A stretch of 64,000 nt of DNA, from NCBI GenBank assembly GCA_963666345.1, contig OY762721.1, forward strand, positions 960,001-1,024,000. Direction: 5' to 3'. Each line of letters opens with the position of its first letter. Position 1 is the stretch's first letter. Below are positions 1 through 10,840 of this stretch, piece by piece. A program made the position numbers and the translations under genes. A model generated the notes under the pieces. That model saw only the letters and a program-made list of their open reading frames with translations, did not search any database and was not told the origin of the DNA. This stretch comes from Desulfatiglandales bacterium (GTDB lineage Bacteria > Desulfobacterota > DSM-4660 > Desulfatiglandales > Desulfatiglandaceae).

Positions 1-324
1 CCTGGCGGTCAATGATGGCTATCGCGGTTATGGAGATATCATCATCGGTGAAGCCATTTTTCTTTAGAAATCCGACTATGATGTCACCTTTTTTTTGAAT
101 CACCGAATACAAGTTGGAAAGGTCGTTACCGGCTTCACTGAATTTAATCGGCCAGATGGCGATATTTGCGGGCACCTCCCGTTCAGACAGTCCCTTCACC
201 GTCACGGTTCGATCAAGTCCCTTTATCTTAACGGCACTGCTGAAAAGCAGGAAGCCGAGGGTTACCGACCGGTGCATAAAAATGCACCAAGGATAACAGA
301 CTCTGCAATTCTCCTTGTATTCAT
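1..324 (-). pseudogene. SIMPL (DUF541) domain protein, 5' part, with a -1 frameshift near 266; runs off the window edge
   Basis: ATG at 324 gives MNTRRIAESVILGAFLCTGR-stop. The adjacent frame continues VTLGFLLFSSAVKIKGLDRTVTVKGLSEREVPANIAIWPI..., a typical SIMPL N-terminus. One extra base (CG->CTG) would join them. Confidence 0.7.
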
Positions 325-399
325 ATGCTGATCCTTTTAAATAACCGGGGTTTGGTTCAACTCACGGGGTGGTGTTCCTTTGGGGCTGCGCCCGAAAAT

Positions 400-1083
400 T
401 CATACAGGCTTTTGTATTTTTGTGTAATTGGATACGGGATGGTTGCATATCTCGCAGGGCAGCTCCGGTTTCTTGCACAGGGTGGATCCGCAGTTTCTGC
501 AGACATGAAAGTCAAGTTCCGTGGATTCGATCTTCTTGGCAACCTTCGGGAAAAACAGCCCTGAATATCTGTAAATCTGCTCTATCATCTCCCGGTGCTG
601 TTTGTGGGATTTCCAGGACCACATACAGCTCTCAACCGCCTGGGCATGCGCCTCTTCCTTTAATTTATTCAAAAAATCAGGATAAATCTCCTTTATTTTT
701 GTTAATTCTTTTTTGGAGGCTATTCTCAGATTATTCTTTGTATCATCTACTTTCGTGCATATCTCAGATGAAGTGAATTCGACCCCCAGCACTGACAATA
801 CCTTCCTGTAATTTTCCGCGTGGATATACTCCGAGGCAGCAAATGCTGAAAAAAGATAGGCAATCCCCTTGTAATTATCCCTGACAGCCCTTTCACAATA
901 CCCCCTGTAGTGTTCGTATGAATTCATCTCCGATTCATTTGCCGCCTTAAGGGTGGAAATGGTATCAGCAAAACCTTGAGGGTAATTTTTAGGTTCTTCA
1001 GCGCTTACCAGCCTACTGAAACATAGCGGAACCGGCAGGGTAGCAATAAACTTAAGCAGACTCCTTCTGGTAATCTCATACAT
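400..1083 (-). CDS. Rubrerythrin-family protein with twin-arginine (Tat) signal and C-terminal rubredoxin-like domain
   Basis: N-terminal ITRRSLLK; ferritin-like helices (NESE, ASEYIHAENY); C-terminal CRNC...CEIC. Confidence 0.8.
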   Translation of the reverse strand: MYEITRRSLLKFIATLPVPLCFSRLVSAEEPKNYPQGFADTISTLKAANESEMNSYEHYRGYCERAVRDNYKGIAYLFSAFAASEYIHAENYRKVLSVLGVEFTSSEICTKVDDTKNNLRIASKKELTKIKEIYPDFLNKLKEEAHAQAVESCMWSWKSHKQHREMIEQIYRYSGLFFPKVAKKIESTELDFHVCRNCGSTLCKKPELPCEICNHPVSNYTKIQKPV

Positions 1084-1395
1084 ATCCGTTCCTTTTTTTA
1101 ATACATAACTGGTTTGCGAAAAAGATCTCTTTTCAGCCCTGTTTAACGCCTTCTAATCGGGGGATGATCCATACATGATAACGACTTTATAGTCTCAATA
1201 CAACCCTTCATGCAAATCCCGAATCCGCCACTTAATTGAGGCGCAATCAACCATGATTTCGACTTCCGGGCACAGGCAGGATGTTGGATGCAAGCGAGGA
1301 GCTAGGATTGAGGCTATGACTTGTACAACGCGCATTACCGGATCAGGGCATTAAAGCTCCCCTCAGCAAGCTGCTTGGTTGGCCGCGAGACATTT

Positions 1396-2298
1396 TCAAC
1401 CGATTGTCAAACGGTTCCTCCCTTCAGCCTTGCTTCTGTACAAAAGGGTATCGGCTCTTTTTATAAGCCCTTTTATAGTGTCGGTTTCTTCTGCGAGTGT
1501 GGCTCCGATTGAAATTGTCACAGACAGTCTTTTCTTCTCATGAATTATGTATGAATTTTCTATCAGCAGGCAAAGCCTGTTACCCAGTATTTCAAGGTCT
1601 TTGCCGTTTATATTAGGAATAACACCGATAAATTCTTCACCCCCCCAGCGCCCGTAAAGGTCAAACGGCCTTGCGTTGGCCGCAAAGGTCTTTGCGACAA
1701 ATCTCAGTACTTCGTCACCCACGTCATGGCCATATGTGTCATTAAACTTCTTGAAATGGTCAATATCAATAAACAAGACACCGAACGGCACATTAAAACG
1801 TTTTTTTTCTTCAAACCTGCTATGGATTTCTTTGTCGATATAGTTTCTGTTTGCCAGTTGAGTAAGATTGTCGATAAGGGCAAGCTTTTCAAGTTCCTTT
1901 ACCCTGAAATTATTGATTTCCTGACTGCTGATATCCGTAAACAGCTCTATCCCGCCGATTACATTGCCCTCTTTATCTGTCAGGGTGCTTACACGAACGG
2001 AAACCGGTATCCTGTGGCCATCCTTGTGGTGCATGTATATTTCAGCTTCACGCGGCTTTCCATCGGCAATGCTTGCTGCAAGAGGACAGAGCCCTGCACA
2101 AAGGTTGTTACCCTCACTGTCGACGTGGGTGAGAAGGCTATCGGAGCAGGAACTGCCCACGACCTCATCAGCCTTAAACCCGGAAATCCTTTCAGCAGCC
2201 TTGTTCCAGTATGTTATAACCCTTTCACGGTCCACGAAATAGAGCCCGTCATGGAGTTTTTCAACGATCCTTTCATAAAAGTCTTTTTCCATGCCCAT
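1396..2298 (-). CDS. PAS-domain diguanylate cyclase
   Basis: PAS (WNKAAERISG); DIDHFKKFNDTYGH; RPFD I-site and GGEEF motif. Confidence 0.92.
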   Translation of the reverse strand: MGMEKDFYERIVEKLHDGLYFVDRERVITYWNKAAERISGFKADEVVGSSCSDSLLTHVDSEGNNLCAGLCPLAASIADGKPREAEIYMHHKDGHRIPVSVRVSTLTDKEGNVIGGIELFTDISSQEINNFRVKELEKLALIDNLTQLANRNYIDKEIHSRFEEKKRFNVPFGVLFIDIDHFKKFNDTYGHDVGDEVLRFVAKTFAANARPFDLYGRWGGEEFIGVIPNINGKDLEILGNRLCLLIENSYIIHEKKRLSVTISIGATLAEETDTIKGLIKRADTLLYRSKAEGRNRLTIG

Positions 2299-2511
2299 GG
2301 ATTATTCCTCCCCGATTTTCCATAGAAACGGCTTCCGTCTTTCCACATTGATATATTATGCTCAAGCCCCGGAAAAACAAACCCATCTTGTAACGACACC
2401 TTCTTGAAGGAACATTTTACCCCATTACTTCCTCCATATCATATACTTATCTCGGCCTGAACTAAAAAACCGACAGGTCCTCACGGTGTTCATTTAGCGC
2501 CGCTTAAGCCG

Positions 2512-3390
2512 CTACCAGTGCGGCTGATTGCCTATGCGCTGGCCCATTACCTCCAGGGTGTCGGAAACCACCATGAATACATCCGGATCGACACCGCGGA
2601 TCAACTGTTTAAGCCGCGAAAGTTCACTAAAGGAAATGACCACGTAAAGGAGTTGCCTCTCGCTGCCTGTATATCCCCCGCGGCCGCCGATGATAGTGAC
2701 CGTTCGCCCTATCTTGGCAATAATCTCATCGGATATTCTCCGCCACTGGCTAGAGATGATAAACGCCGCCTTTCTCTTGCTCAGCCCGCTGACCACGAGG
2801 TTGATCATATAGGAACTGACATAAATGAATATCAGGGTATAGAGCGCTCCTTCCAGGGAAAAGAGTATGGCCCCGGCAGCCAGCACGATGCTGTTAAAGG
2901 CCAGAATGGTGGTGCCGATACGGATTGAGAAAAGTTTCAAAAGCATAACAGATAGGATATCCAGGCCACCGGAGGAGCCAAGGGATTTCAGGATAACCCC
3001 TGCTCCGACCCCGGTTATGATGCCCCCCAGTATGGCACTCAGGATCTTGTCATGCACAGGCACGCCAAAATGGATAAACAGCATGGCACATGTGAAGATA
3101 GACATCCCGGCAATGCTGTAGAAAAAGAAACGCCGGCCCACATATACCCACCCCAGGCAGAATACCGGTATGTTGAGGATAAAATAAAGCATCGCCACCG
3201 GCAGGGAGGGTACAAGGTAATGGATGACCAGTGCCAAGCCGGTAAACCCGGCACCGAAGAAATGCTGAGGTATGAGTATCCCGTTTATGCAGACTGCGCA
3301 AAGGGTGCTGCCGAAAGACAACAAAAACAGATTCCATAAAACCTGTAAGACCGCTTTTTTATCCGGCTTCCAAGGCCGTCTTGACATCAC
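2512..3390 (-). CDS. YitT family membrane protein
   Basis: Multiple TM segments; GSSGGLDI motif; C-terminal GRGGYTG...VDPDVF (DUF2179-like). Confidence 0.88.
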   Translation of the reverse strand: MMSRRPWKPDKKAVLQVLWNLFLLSFGSTLCAVCINGILIPQHFFGAGFTGLALVIHYLVPSLPVAMLYFILNIPVFCLGWVYVGRRFFFYSIAGMSIFTCAMLFIHFGVPVHDKILSAILGGIITGVGAGVILKSLGSSGGLDILSVMLLKLFSIRIGTTILAFNSIVLAAGAILFSLEGALYTLIFIYVSSYMINLVVSGLSKRKAAFIISSQWRRISDEIIAKIGRTVTIIGGRGGYTGSERQLLYVVISFSELSRLKQLIRGVDPDVFMVVSDTLEVMGQRIGNQPHW

Positions 3391-3705
3391 TGTTTCCTCC
3401 CTCTCTTTTTAAAGTATACTGCTTTTTTCATATCGCCCCCGAGAAACCGGATAAAGGCTGACTTCTCTTGGCCTGCGGGCAGAGGCGACAGCATACCCAT
3501 AATGGCGATACAACTGTTTTTGTATCACACAATGGGTCCCGAAAGCTATCAGCGCCTTAGGTCGTAGATATCATTGCAGGATTGCGCTTCAGATCTTTAC
3601 ACGCCATCCTGGATTCATTCAATCCATCCATTATTTTCTTGATATTTTCAGTCAGTAAAAATATTGCTGCCTCTGGCAATACTTGTATCATAAGGGAGGA
3701 TATTA

Positions 3706-4512
3706 ATGATCGAAAAAACAGCTCGTGACATCTGGGACTCCCGTGCGGAATCCCGCGTGAAATTATTGAAACAAAGGGAAATTAAACGAAGTAACACCCT
3801 CTATGAAGACGGCTGCTGGAGATTTATCGAACCTTTCCTTCCTGCCGGCCCGGGCCGCATTCTGGAGGCCGGATGCGGCACAGGGCGCTGGGTGTACCGT
3901 CTGGCCCCCCTTGGACATCGGATCGTACTTTCCGATTTTTCCCCGGAGATGATACGCGTCGCCTCCGAGGAAGTCGACAGGCGGGGGGTGTCGGACAGTG
4001 TGAATGCCTGCCATGTGCCTGACATATGCGACATGCACGCATTGGAGGATGAGGCCTTTGACATGGCACTGGCCCTGGGGGAACCCGTTGGTCTGTGCGA
4101 CGATCAGTGCAAAGCGGTGAAGGAAATGCACAGGGTGGTCAGGCCGGGAGGTTATGTGATCTGCGATGTGTCAAACCGGTACCGCAGAGCCCTTGACCTT
4201 GCGCGGGAAAACGACTGGTCAGGAGCCGCGGAACTGCTGAATCGCGGAACAAGCCGGACAAAGAGTGGTTTTTCTCACAAGAGTTTTTCTCCCGAGGAGG
4301 TACGTGAACTTTTCACCTCTTGCGGCCTGGAGGTCCTGCATGTGGCGGCCGTATGCCCCTTTCTGTCCTTTCCTCCTAAAAGGGATCAGACGAGTGCTCT
4401 TGAAGAGGATAAGACCTATGAAACAGTAAGGGATATTTTCCACCGGTTTGCAGAAGACCCGGAAATGATAGGTATGAGCGCCCGCCTCCTGATAGTGGGC
4501 AGGAAAATTTGA
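3706..4512 (+). CDS. Class I SAM-dependent methyltransferase
   Basis: ILEAGCGTG motif I, SDFSPEM, RVVRPGG; GGGAGG RBS. Confidence 0.88.
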   Translation: MIEKTARDIWDSRAESRVKLLKQREIKRSNTLYEDGCWRFIEPFLPAGPGRILEAGCGTGRWVYRLAPLGHRIVLSDFSPEMIRVASEEVDRRGVSDSVNACHVPDICDMHALEDEAFDMALALGEPVGLCDDQCKAVKEMHRVVRPGGYVICDVSNRYRRALDLARENDWSGAAELLNRGTSRTKSGFSHKSFSPEEVRELFTSCGLEVLHVAAVCPFLSFPPKRDQTSALEEDKTYETVRDIFHRFAEDPEMIGMSARLLIVGRKI

Positions 4513-4596
4513 CTAATTGCCGGTTTTTTAACCCGGCCGCCCCGGTTGAGTGTTCGGTTGCGGAGGATTGAATTACGGCCTGATATATGCGGAAAA

Positions 4597-5277
4597 TCAC
4601 GGCGATATGGCAAAATCCCAACCCATTTCAACCGCCAGCCATTGAGGAAGAAGCATTAATGACCGAGAAAAATCCAAACCTGCGTTTTCGATATGATCCC
4701 TTATTGCCATTGAAAACCGACTTGCCTCCGTCACAATGGATGTAAGCACCACCGGAGCGTCTTCTGCAGATTCCGGATCATTTACTGCCGCGCAGGATAG
4801 CGGATGCGAACAGACAAAATGCGTTCGACACACGACCGGCCTCACGGGATAGGCGCTGCATGCGCCGTTCACCAGCAGAGGGCAGGGATGCTCATAGTTG
4901 GATAGATCGGGCTCCTCGTTTTTATCGGCCGACGGATATCTGCCCGGCCTGGATCTGTCCCATTCATGCCATTTCTGCGTACGCACCCTGAGTCCGTTTA
5001 TCTGCTCTTCTGACATTTCCCGCCTGACATACTGCCCCAGGGTGTGGGCCTCTGCGATGTTGGTAAGGATATGATACCGGCAACAGTAACAACAACCCAG
5101 CTTGCAGGTCGAAATGATGCCGTCTTCCCTTCGCAGACGATCCAGTCCGCATGCAGCCGCTTCATCCACTGAAGAGTACACGGCGTGAACGAATTTTTCT
5201 TGCGAAGCAATCAGGATATCGGCTTCCGATTTCTCTGGACCCATACCGGGATTGCCGTTTTCAATCATGTTCATCAT
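4597..5277 (-). CDS. YkgJ family cysteine-cluster protein
   Basis: CKLGCCYCC and CPLL...CSAYPVRPVVCR motifs. Start uncertain (5268-5277). Confidence 0.8.
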   Translation of the reverse strand: MMNMIENGNPGMGPEKSEADILIASQEKFVHAVYSSVDEAAACGLDRLRREDGIISTCKLGCCYCCRYHILTNIAEAHTLGQYVRREMSEEQINGLRVRTQKWHEWDRSRPGRYPSADKNEEPDLSNYEHPCPLLVNGACSAYPVRPVVCRTHFVCSHPLSCAAVNDPESAEDAPVVLTSIVTEASRFSMAIRDHIENAGLDFSRSLMLLPQWLAVEMGWDFAISP

Positions 5278-5563
5278 TTTCCCTTTTTTCGACATGAACT
5301 TCAGCCATGCAAAAGGCAACAGACCCGACTGATGTGAGCCGCCTGATTTATTGCCGAATAAACTTATATTGGGCAAGAGGAATTTTTGCCTATCGGGGAC
5401 AAAATGAGGGTCTGTTTTGACTGCCGGCTGTTTAGAGACACAACAGGGGAAAATCACATTTTTGACTCACTTTTTACCTGAATGCCTTATCTTACCAGTA
5501 TTCTCAAAAAATAACATCACATTATTAAAACATTCAGGGTTCCCATTTCATGCCCACGTTCTG

Positions 5564-6862
5564 TTACCTGAGGCCTGGGAGGAACAGGGCGATCTGCGGA
5601 AAGATAATGAGGATGACGATACAGATCCCCATGGTGATGAAGAATGGCAGTATCCCTTTGAACACTACTTCAAGTTCCACATCGCTGGCTACGCCCTTTA
5701 TCACGTAGGCATTGATGCCCACCGGAGGGGTAATTGCCCCCATCTCCAGAAGAATTACGATGATTACCCCGAACCACACAGGATCGTAACCCAGCTTCAT
5801 GATCATCGGGAAAAACACCGAGATAGTCACAAGGAGAAACGAAAGCGCGTCCATAATGCACCCGCCCAGGGCGTAAATAGCCAGAACAAGCGCGAGGATT
5901 ACAACTCGCGGCACGGGCAGGGACACCACCCACTGAGCCAGTTCCGTAGGGATTCTGCTTACTGCTAGAAATTTACCGAATACCATGGCGCCTGCCAGTA
6001 TCAGGAAGAGCATGGCAACCACCTTGGTGGTCTCCATAGCGGCCGCGGAAAAGGCCTTCCAGCCTATCTGCCGCCTGAGCAGTCCGATCAAAAGGGTGCC
6101 TAAGGCGCCTACCCCGCCCGCTTCCGTGGGCGTGAACCAGCCGTCCATAAGCCCCCACATGATCAGGGCAAAGAGGATAAAGGCCTCCAGGGCCCCGGGC
6201 AGAGAGCGCAGCTTCTCCCTGAAAGTCGTTTTAGGCCCCTTAGGACCGAGATCGGGGTTAAATCGTGACAGGACAAAGATGGTAAGTACAAACAGGAGGG
6301 TCAGCAGAATCCCCGGCAGGATGCCGGCCACGAAAAGCTTTCCGATGGATTGTTCTGTCTGGATCCCGTATATAATCAGGACCACGCTGGGCGGGATGAG
6401 GATGCCCAGAGTTCCCCCTGCAGCGATGGCTCCGGTGGCAAGCGAAAGGTCGTAATTATGTTTTCTCATCTCAGGCAGGGCGACCGTGGCCATGGTGGCT
6501 GCCGTAGCCGAACTGGACCCGGAAATAGCCGAAAATCCGGCGCACCCGCCGATAGTGGCCATGGCAAGGCCGCATGGCAATTGTCCCAGCCAGGTATATG
6601 CAGTGGAAAAAAGTCGTCTGCTCATGCCTGCCTGAAACGCAATCTGTCCCATGAGGAAGAAAAGAGGCAGCACGGCCAGCGAATAGGAACTGAGGGTGAG
6701 AAATATCTCCTTTGCGAGCAGGCTGAGCGCCGCCGCAGGAGACACTATATACCCGAATCCCAGCAAACCGACCATGATAAGGGAAAAACCGATGGGTGTG
6801 CCGGAAAGGATCATGAAGAGCAGGGCGATGATACCGATAATACCAACCGTGATTTCGCTCAT
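5564..6862 (-). CDS. dctM: TRAP transporter large permease (DctM)
   Basis: GGTLGILIPPS, GWFTPTEA and ITPPVG motifs; start MSEITV overlaps the dctQ stop. Confidence 0.93.
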   Translation of the reverse strand: MSEITVGIIGIIALLFMILSGTPIGFSLIMVGLLGFGYIVSPAAALSLLAKEIFLTLSSYSLAVLPLFFLMGQIAFQAGMSRRLFSTAYTWLGQLPCGLAMATIGGCAGFSAISGSSSATAATMATVALPEMRKHNYDLSLATGAIAAGGTLGILIPPSVVLIIYGIQTEQSIGKLFVAGILPGILLTLLFVLTIFVLSRFNPDLGPKGPKTTFREKLRSLPGALEAFILFALIMWGLMDGWFTPTEAGGVGALGTLLIGLLRRQIGWKAFSAAAMETTKVVAMLFLILAGAMVFGKFLAVSRIPTELAQWVVSLPVPRVVILALVLAIYALGGCIMDALSFLLVTISVFFPMIMKLGYDPVWFGVIIVILLEMGAITPPVGINAYVIKGVASDVELEVVFKGILPFFITMGICIVILIIFPQIALFLPGLR

Positions 6863-7356
6863 CTTGTTTCCACCCGCAACGGTGCCTTGAGGATATCCAC
6901 AAGAACGATAACGGCCGACAGGCCGAAGGCGAATGCAATTCCATACAGAAACGGATAAATGGGCATCTTCAGTGTGGCGGATACCTGCCCGCTCAGCACC
7001 ACTTTTATCCCGTATATGGCGCTCTGCCGGGCCACCAGGGCCAGTATGGTCAGGCATATAAGACGGTTTATCAAACCAAGGGCCAAACGTACGTTCAGAG
7101 GCAGGCGTGATATGACTATTTCAACCGCCATGTGGCCCCTGGAAAAGGTTGTCTGGATCAGGGAAAATGAAATCACGATCGTACCGAGAAAGCCCACGAT
7201 TTCAAAGGTACCCCAGATCGGCCTTCCGAAAGGCCTAAGGAATACATTTGCGTTTACCAGGAACATCATGGCTATCAGGGCGCCGGCGGCGCCCCGGTTA
7301 AGCCATATCGAAAGCTTTTCAAGCCCGCCCTCTAAACCATCCAGAAGCTGTTTCAA
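6859..7356 (-). CDS. dctQ: TRAP transporter small permease (DctQ)
   Basis: Four TM segments, GHMAVE motif, located between dctP and dctM. Confidence 0.88.
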   Translation of the reverse strand: MKQLLDGLEGGLEKLSIWLNRGAAGALIAMMFLVNANVFLRPFGRPIWGTFEIVGFLGTIVISFSLIQTTFSRGHMAVEIVISRLPLNVRLALGLINRLICLTILALVARQSAIYGIKVVLSGQVSATLKMPIYPFLYGIAFAFGLSAVIVLVDILKAPLRVETR

Positions 7357-7414
7357 CTTATATCTCCACCCTCTCCTTTTTTCATGAACGGCATTTCAAC
7401 CGGTAGAAAAACTT

Positions 7415-8428
7415 TTAACGATATTTCTCGATGAGCTGTTCGATTTCCTCGACAAATGCCTTGCCCGGCAGACCCTTGGCCTCCATGGCCTTTATGTATT
7501 CGTCCCTGAGAGGCTTGTAGGCGGCATGCCACCTTGCCTTCTCCTCAGGCGTCAGGGTGATGATCTCCAGTCCCTCTTCCTCTGCATATTTGAGACCCGC
7601 CTTCGAGGCATTGTCCCATACATCACCTGCAATGCCGATGTATTCTTTGCTGACCTCGTCAAAGACCTTCCGGATATCCTCCGGCAGGCCGTTCCACCTG
7701 TCGAGGTTCATGCTCACGAAAAACGGCGCTACGTGAAAGTAGGTTAAGGTCACGTACTTGACGACTTCGGCCTGGCGAAAACCTTTAAGCACGTCCAGGC
7801 TGCTGATGGAACCTTTGACTATACCCTTTGACAGCATCTCATAGACCTGGCTCTGCGGAGCGCTTACCGGGACACCGCCCATAAGTTTGACCAGCTTTCC
7901 GGTAGGTCCCCCCGCCCTTATCTCCATTCCCTTCACATCCTCCAGCGTGCGAACCGGTGTCTTGGTCCACATATGCATGGGCGCGCAGGTATGAATAAAG
8001 AGCAGATGCGTATCAGAGAGCTCTTTTAACCTGAATTTTTCATTTACTTCGTTCGCGATCCTGGCCGCGACCTTGGCGGATGGAAAACCCGGAGCATAGA
8101 TAAAGGCATCCATTACCGGGTGACGCCCTCTTTCCCATCCGAAAGAACTGGTTCCGATATCCGTGATACCGTCCACTATGCTGCTGTACATGACGTTTCC
8201 GCTTACAAGGGTACCCGCCGGATACAGAGTGATCTTGACCTTTCCGTCGGTCCGTTTCTCGATCTCCTCGGCCCACGGTTGGCTGATGGCCGAGTAGTAA
8301 GGGTGGGTGGCGGGTGTGATCTGGGCGAACCGGAACTTATAAACCTTATCCTTGGCATAAGCCGGGGACAGGCAGAAGATCATACCGGCAATCATCAGTG
8401 CGGATAACATTACGAGTTTTTTCTTCAT
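7415..8428 (-). CDS. dctP: TRAP transporter substrate-binding protein (DctP)
   Basis: Signal peptide; PVRTLEDVKGMEIR and VYEMLSKG motifs. Confidence 0.92.
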   Translation of the reverse strand: MKKKLVMLSALMIAGMIFCLSPAYAKDKVYKFRFAQITPATHPYYSAISQPWAEEIEKRTDGKVKITLYPAGTLVSGNVMYSSIVDGITDIGTSSFGWERGRHPVMDAFIYAPGFPSAKVAARIANEVNEKFRLKELSDTHLLFIHTCAPMHMWTKTPVRTLEDVKGMEIRAGGPTGKLVKLMGGVPVSAPQSQVYEMLSKGIVKGSISSLDVLKGFRQAEVVKYVTLTYFHVAPFFVSMNLDRWNGLPEDIRKVFDEVSKEYIGIAGDVWDNASKAGLKYAEEEGLEIITLTPEEKARWHAAYKPLRDEYIKAMEAKGLPGKAFVEEIEQLIEKYR

Positions 8429-8491
8429 GATTTTTATCCTTTTCTAAGAGGTTGAACAACATGCCCGATGGTTAAAAAGGCTTTTTCCGTT

Positions 8492-9715
8492 TCAATGAAA
8501 GACCTGGGCCGGGCCATTGACCTTCCGGCCGTCCTTGTACACGCCCCAAATTCTTTTTTTATCGGTAAGCAAGGAAATATCTTCAAGGGGATTTCCATCT
8601 ACGATCATCAGGTCCGCGCGCCTGCCCGCGGCTATGGTTCCGATGGTATCGGCCATGCCCAGCAGCTCGGCCGCGCCGGAGGTTGAACAGATTATGGCAT
8701 CCTGCGGCGAAAATCCGTTTCCAACGAGATAGACAAGTTCAAAGGCATTCTCACCGTGACGGTTGAAAGGGGTGCCCGCATCCGTTCCCATGGCGATTTT
8801 AGCACCGGCATCCCTGGCCCTTGAAATCCCCGCCACATGGTCTTCGGCGAGCCGTTTCGTTTTTTCCACAAACTCGGCAGGGATGCCGAAGCCGACACCC
8901 TTGGTCATAATATTAAAAGGAGCGCTGAAGGTGGGGACCAGGAAGGTCCCTCTCTTTATAATCTCTTCGATGATTGCGTCATCAAGGCTCACCCCGTGTT
9001 CGACCGAGTCGATCCCCGCGAAAACCGCGTTTCTCGTTCCCTCAAGGCTCTGGGAGTGCGCGCATGTCTTAAGACCCAGTTTGTGCGCCTCCTCTATCCC
9101 GGCCTTTAATTCATCCGGATTGAGCTGCGGGACTCCTGCCTTGCCGCCCCTTGTCAGCACTCCTCCGGTTGCCATGAATTTGATCCAGGAGACCCCTGCC
9201 GCCATCTGTTTTCTGACGGCCTGTCTTACCTCGTCCGGCCCGTCAGCCACGCATCCCATCTGATGGCCGTGCCCCCCGGTGATACATATCATCTGACCTG
9301 AGCAGGCCATTCGGGGGCCGTCCGCGATGCCCGCCTCGACAGCATCCCTCATGTGGATATCAATAAAATCCTTGGATCCTGCATCACGCACCGTGGTTAT
9401 GCCCGCGCCCAGCGTCAGGCGTGCGTTGGCTGCCGTCTTAAGGGTCGCTGCGGCAACAGGCACTGCCGTAAGCCCCGTCATCGGATCAGGTGAGCCGTCA
9501 AGGCTGAGATGGACATGGCAGTCGATCAATCCCGGAAGGATGGTCTTTCCCTCAAGGTCGGTAATGTCCGCGCCCTGCTCCGATCCCATGTACTTTAAAT
9601 CGGGCTCTCCCTCTCCCACTTCACTGATCTGATTGTCTTCGATCAGCAGCCAGCCCTTTTCAATCACACCGCCTGCGCCGTCAATAATCCGCAGGCTTTT
9701 AAAAAATGTCTTCAA
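8492..9715 (-). CDS. Metal-dependent amidohydrolase
   Basis: PGLIDCHVH, WIK, CAHS, VEHG and GTDAG ligand motifs; TTG start at 9715 behind AAGGAG. Confidence 0.9.
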   Translation of the reverse strand: MKTFFKSLRIIDGAGGVIEKGWLLIEDNQISEVGEGEPDLKYMGSEQGADITDLEGKTILPGLIDCHVHLSLDGSPDPMTGLTAVPVAAATLKTAANARLTLGAGITTVRDAGSKDFIDIHMRDAVEAGIADGPRMACSGQMICITGGHGHQMGCVADGPDEVRQAVRKQMAAGVSWIKFMATGGVLTRGGKAGVPQLNPDELKAGIEEAHKLGLKTCAHSQSLEGTRNAVFAGIDSVEHGVSLDDAIIEEIIKRGTFLVPTFSAPFNIMTKGVGFGIPAEFVEKTKRLAEDHVAGISRARDAGAKIAMGTDAGTPFNRHGENAFELVYLVGNGFSPQDAIICSTSGAAELLGMADTIGTIAAGRRADLMIVDGNPLEDISLLTDKKRIWGVYKDGRKVNGPAQVFH

Positions 9716-10139
9716 TGTCTTTGGCTCCTTTCCGATCCGGTCACAATCCGGGTACAGCATGCCCCTTAAAAGACGACTGGCGATGTTTTCACATTCCCCC
9801 CCCCCGATCCCCCCCCCGGGGTCTGACCAAGCTGTTGGGTGACCCTGCTTTTTATAACTTAGTTTCGCATTTCTCAACAAAAAAACACCACCCGGCAGCC
9901 GAATCCCCTCCCCTGCATGATGCCTCGGAAAGCCCGTAAAGGCATCAGGTAGCGGATCTTTATTCTTACCACGCCTCGATCGCTACGAACAGGACATTGA
10001 GCGCAACGCCTAGGGCAAAAGCCCGGTTGTAATCTGCCGCCTGATGATTGTCCTGTTCATGAGGCATATTCACACTCCTGTCCGCCCAAGGCTGACATAG
10101 ATGGATCGGCCCTTTGAAGCGCACCTCATAAGACCCTGA

Positions 10140-10664
10140 TCAGAGCCCCTCTTTCTTATACAGCCTCGCCATCTCAAGGTATTGTTCCGGGGCCTGCTCA
10201 ACCCACCAGAGCTGTTCATCCGTTACCGCTCCCTTTATAATACCGGGAACACCCGCTACAAAGGATCTTTCAGGCACCTTCATGCCCTGGCCCACAAGAC
10301 AGCCCGCACCCAGGATACAGAATCTCCCGATCTCCGCGTCATGAAGAAGAGTCGCGTTCATACCCACAAGCACGCGGTCCCCAATGCTGCTGCAGTTTAT
10401 GACCGCCCCATGACCTATATGGACATTGTTTCCGATAAACAGATGCCCGGATCCTTTGCCAGTTGTTCCTCCATGGATGGTGACATTGTCTTCTACGGCG
10501 GTATTTTCCCCGATCGTTACCCTTCCGAAATCGGCCCTTATCACGGCACCCGGCCACACGCTTGAATTCTCTCCTATTTCCACATCCCCCACTACATAGG
10601 CCGCCTCGCTTATAAAGGCAGACTCGGCAATTATTGGTCTTTTTTCTCTGAAACTTCTGATCAT
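10140..10664 (-). CDS. Gamma carbonic anhydrase family protein
   Basis: Hexapeptide repeats (VGDVEIGENSSVWPGAVIRAD); AAGGAG RBS. Confidence 0.9.
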   Translation of the reverse strand: MIRSFREKRPIIAESAFISEAAYVVGDVEIGENSSVWPGAVIRADFGRVTIGENTAVEDNVTIHGGTTGKGSGHLFIGNNVHIGHGAVINCSSIGDRVLVGMNATLLHDAEIGRFCILGAGCLVGQGMKVPERSFVAGVPGIIKGAVTDEQLWWVEQAPEQYLEMARLYKKEGL

Positions 10665-10817
10665 GCGCAGCTCCTTAAAAAAGTTTAATATCATTTAATT
10701 TTGTTAACTCCATTTATACACTTTGATATAAAAACAGTCTATTTAAACGTTATATCCAGCATTATGAATTATTTATTATTGACATTTACATGAACTAAGA
10801 CTACTGAATACTGTAGA

Positions 10818-10827
10818 CTGTATACAG
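10818..10827. promoter_or_regulatory. Putative GntR operator palindrome CTGTATACAG
   Basis: Perfect palindrome 13 nt upstream of the gntR start; a TTGACA hexamer lies at 10779-10784. Confidence 0.55.
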
Positions 10828-10840
10828 AGTTAAAGGGATC

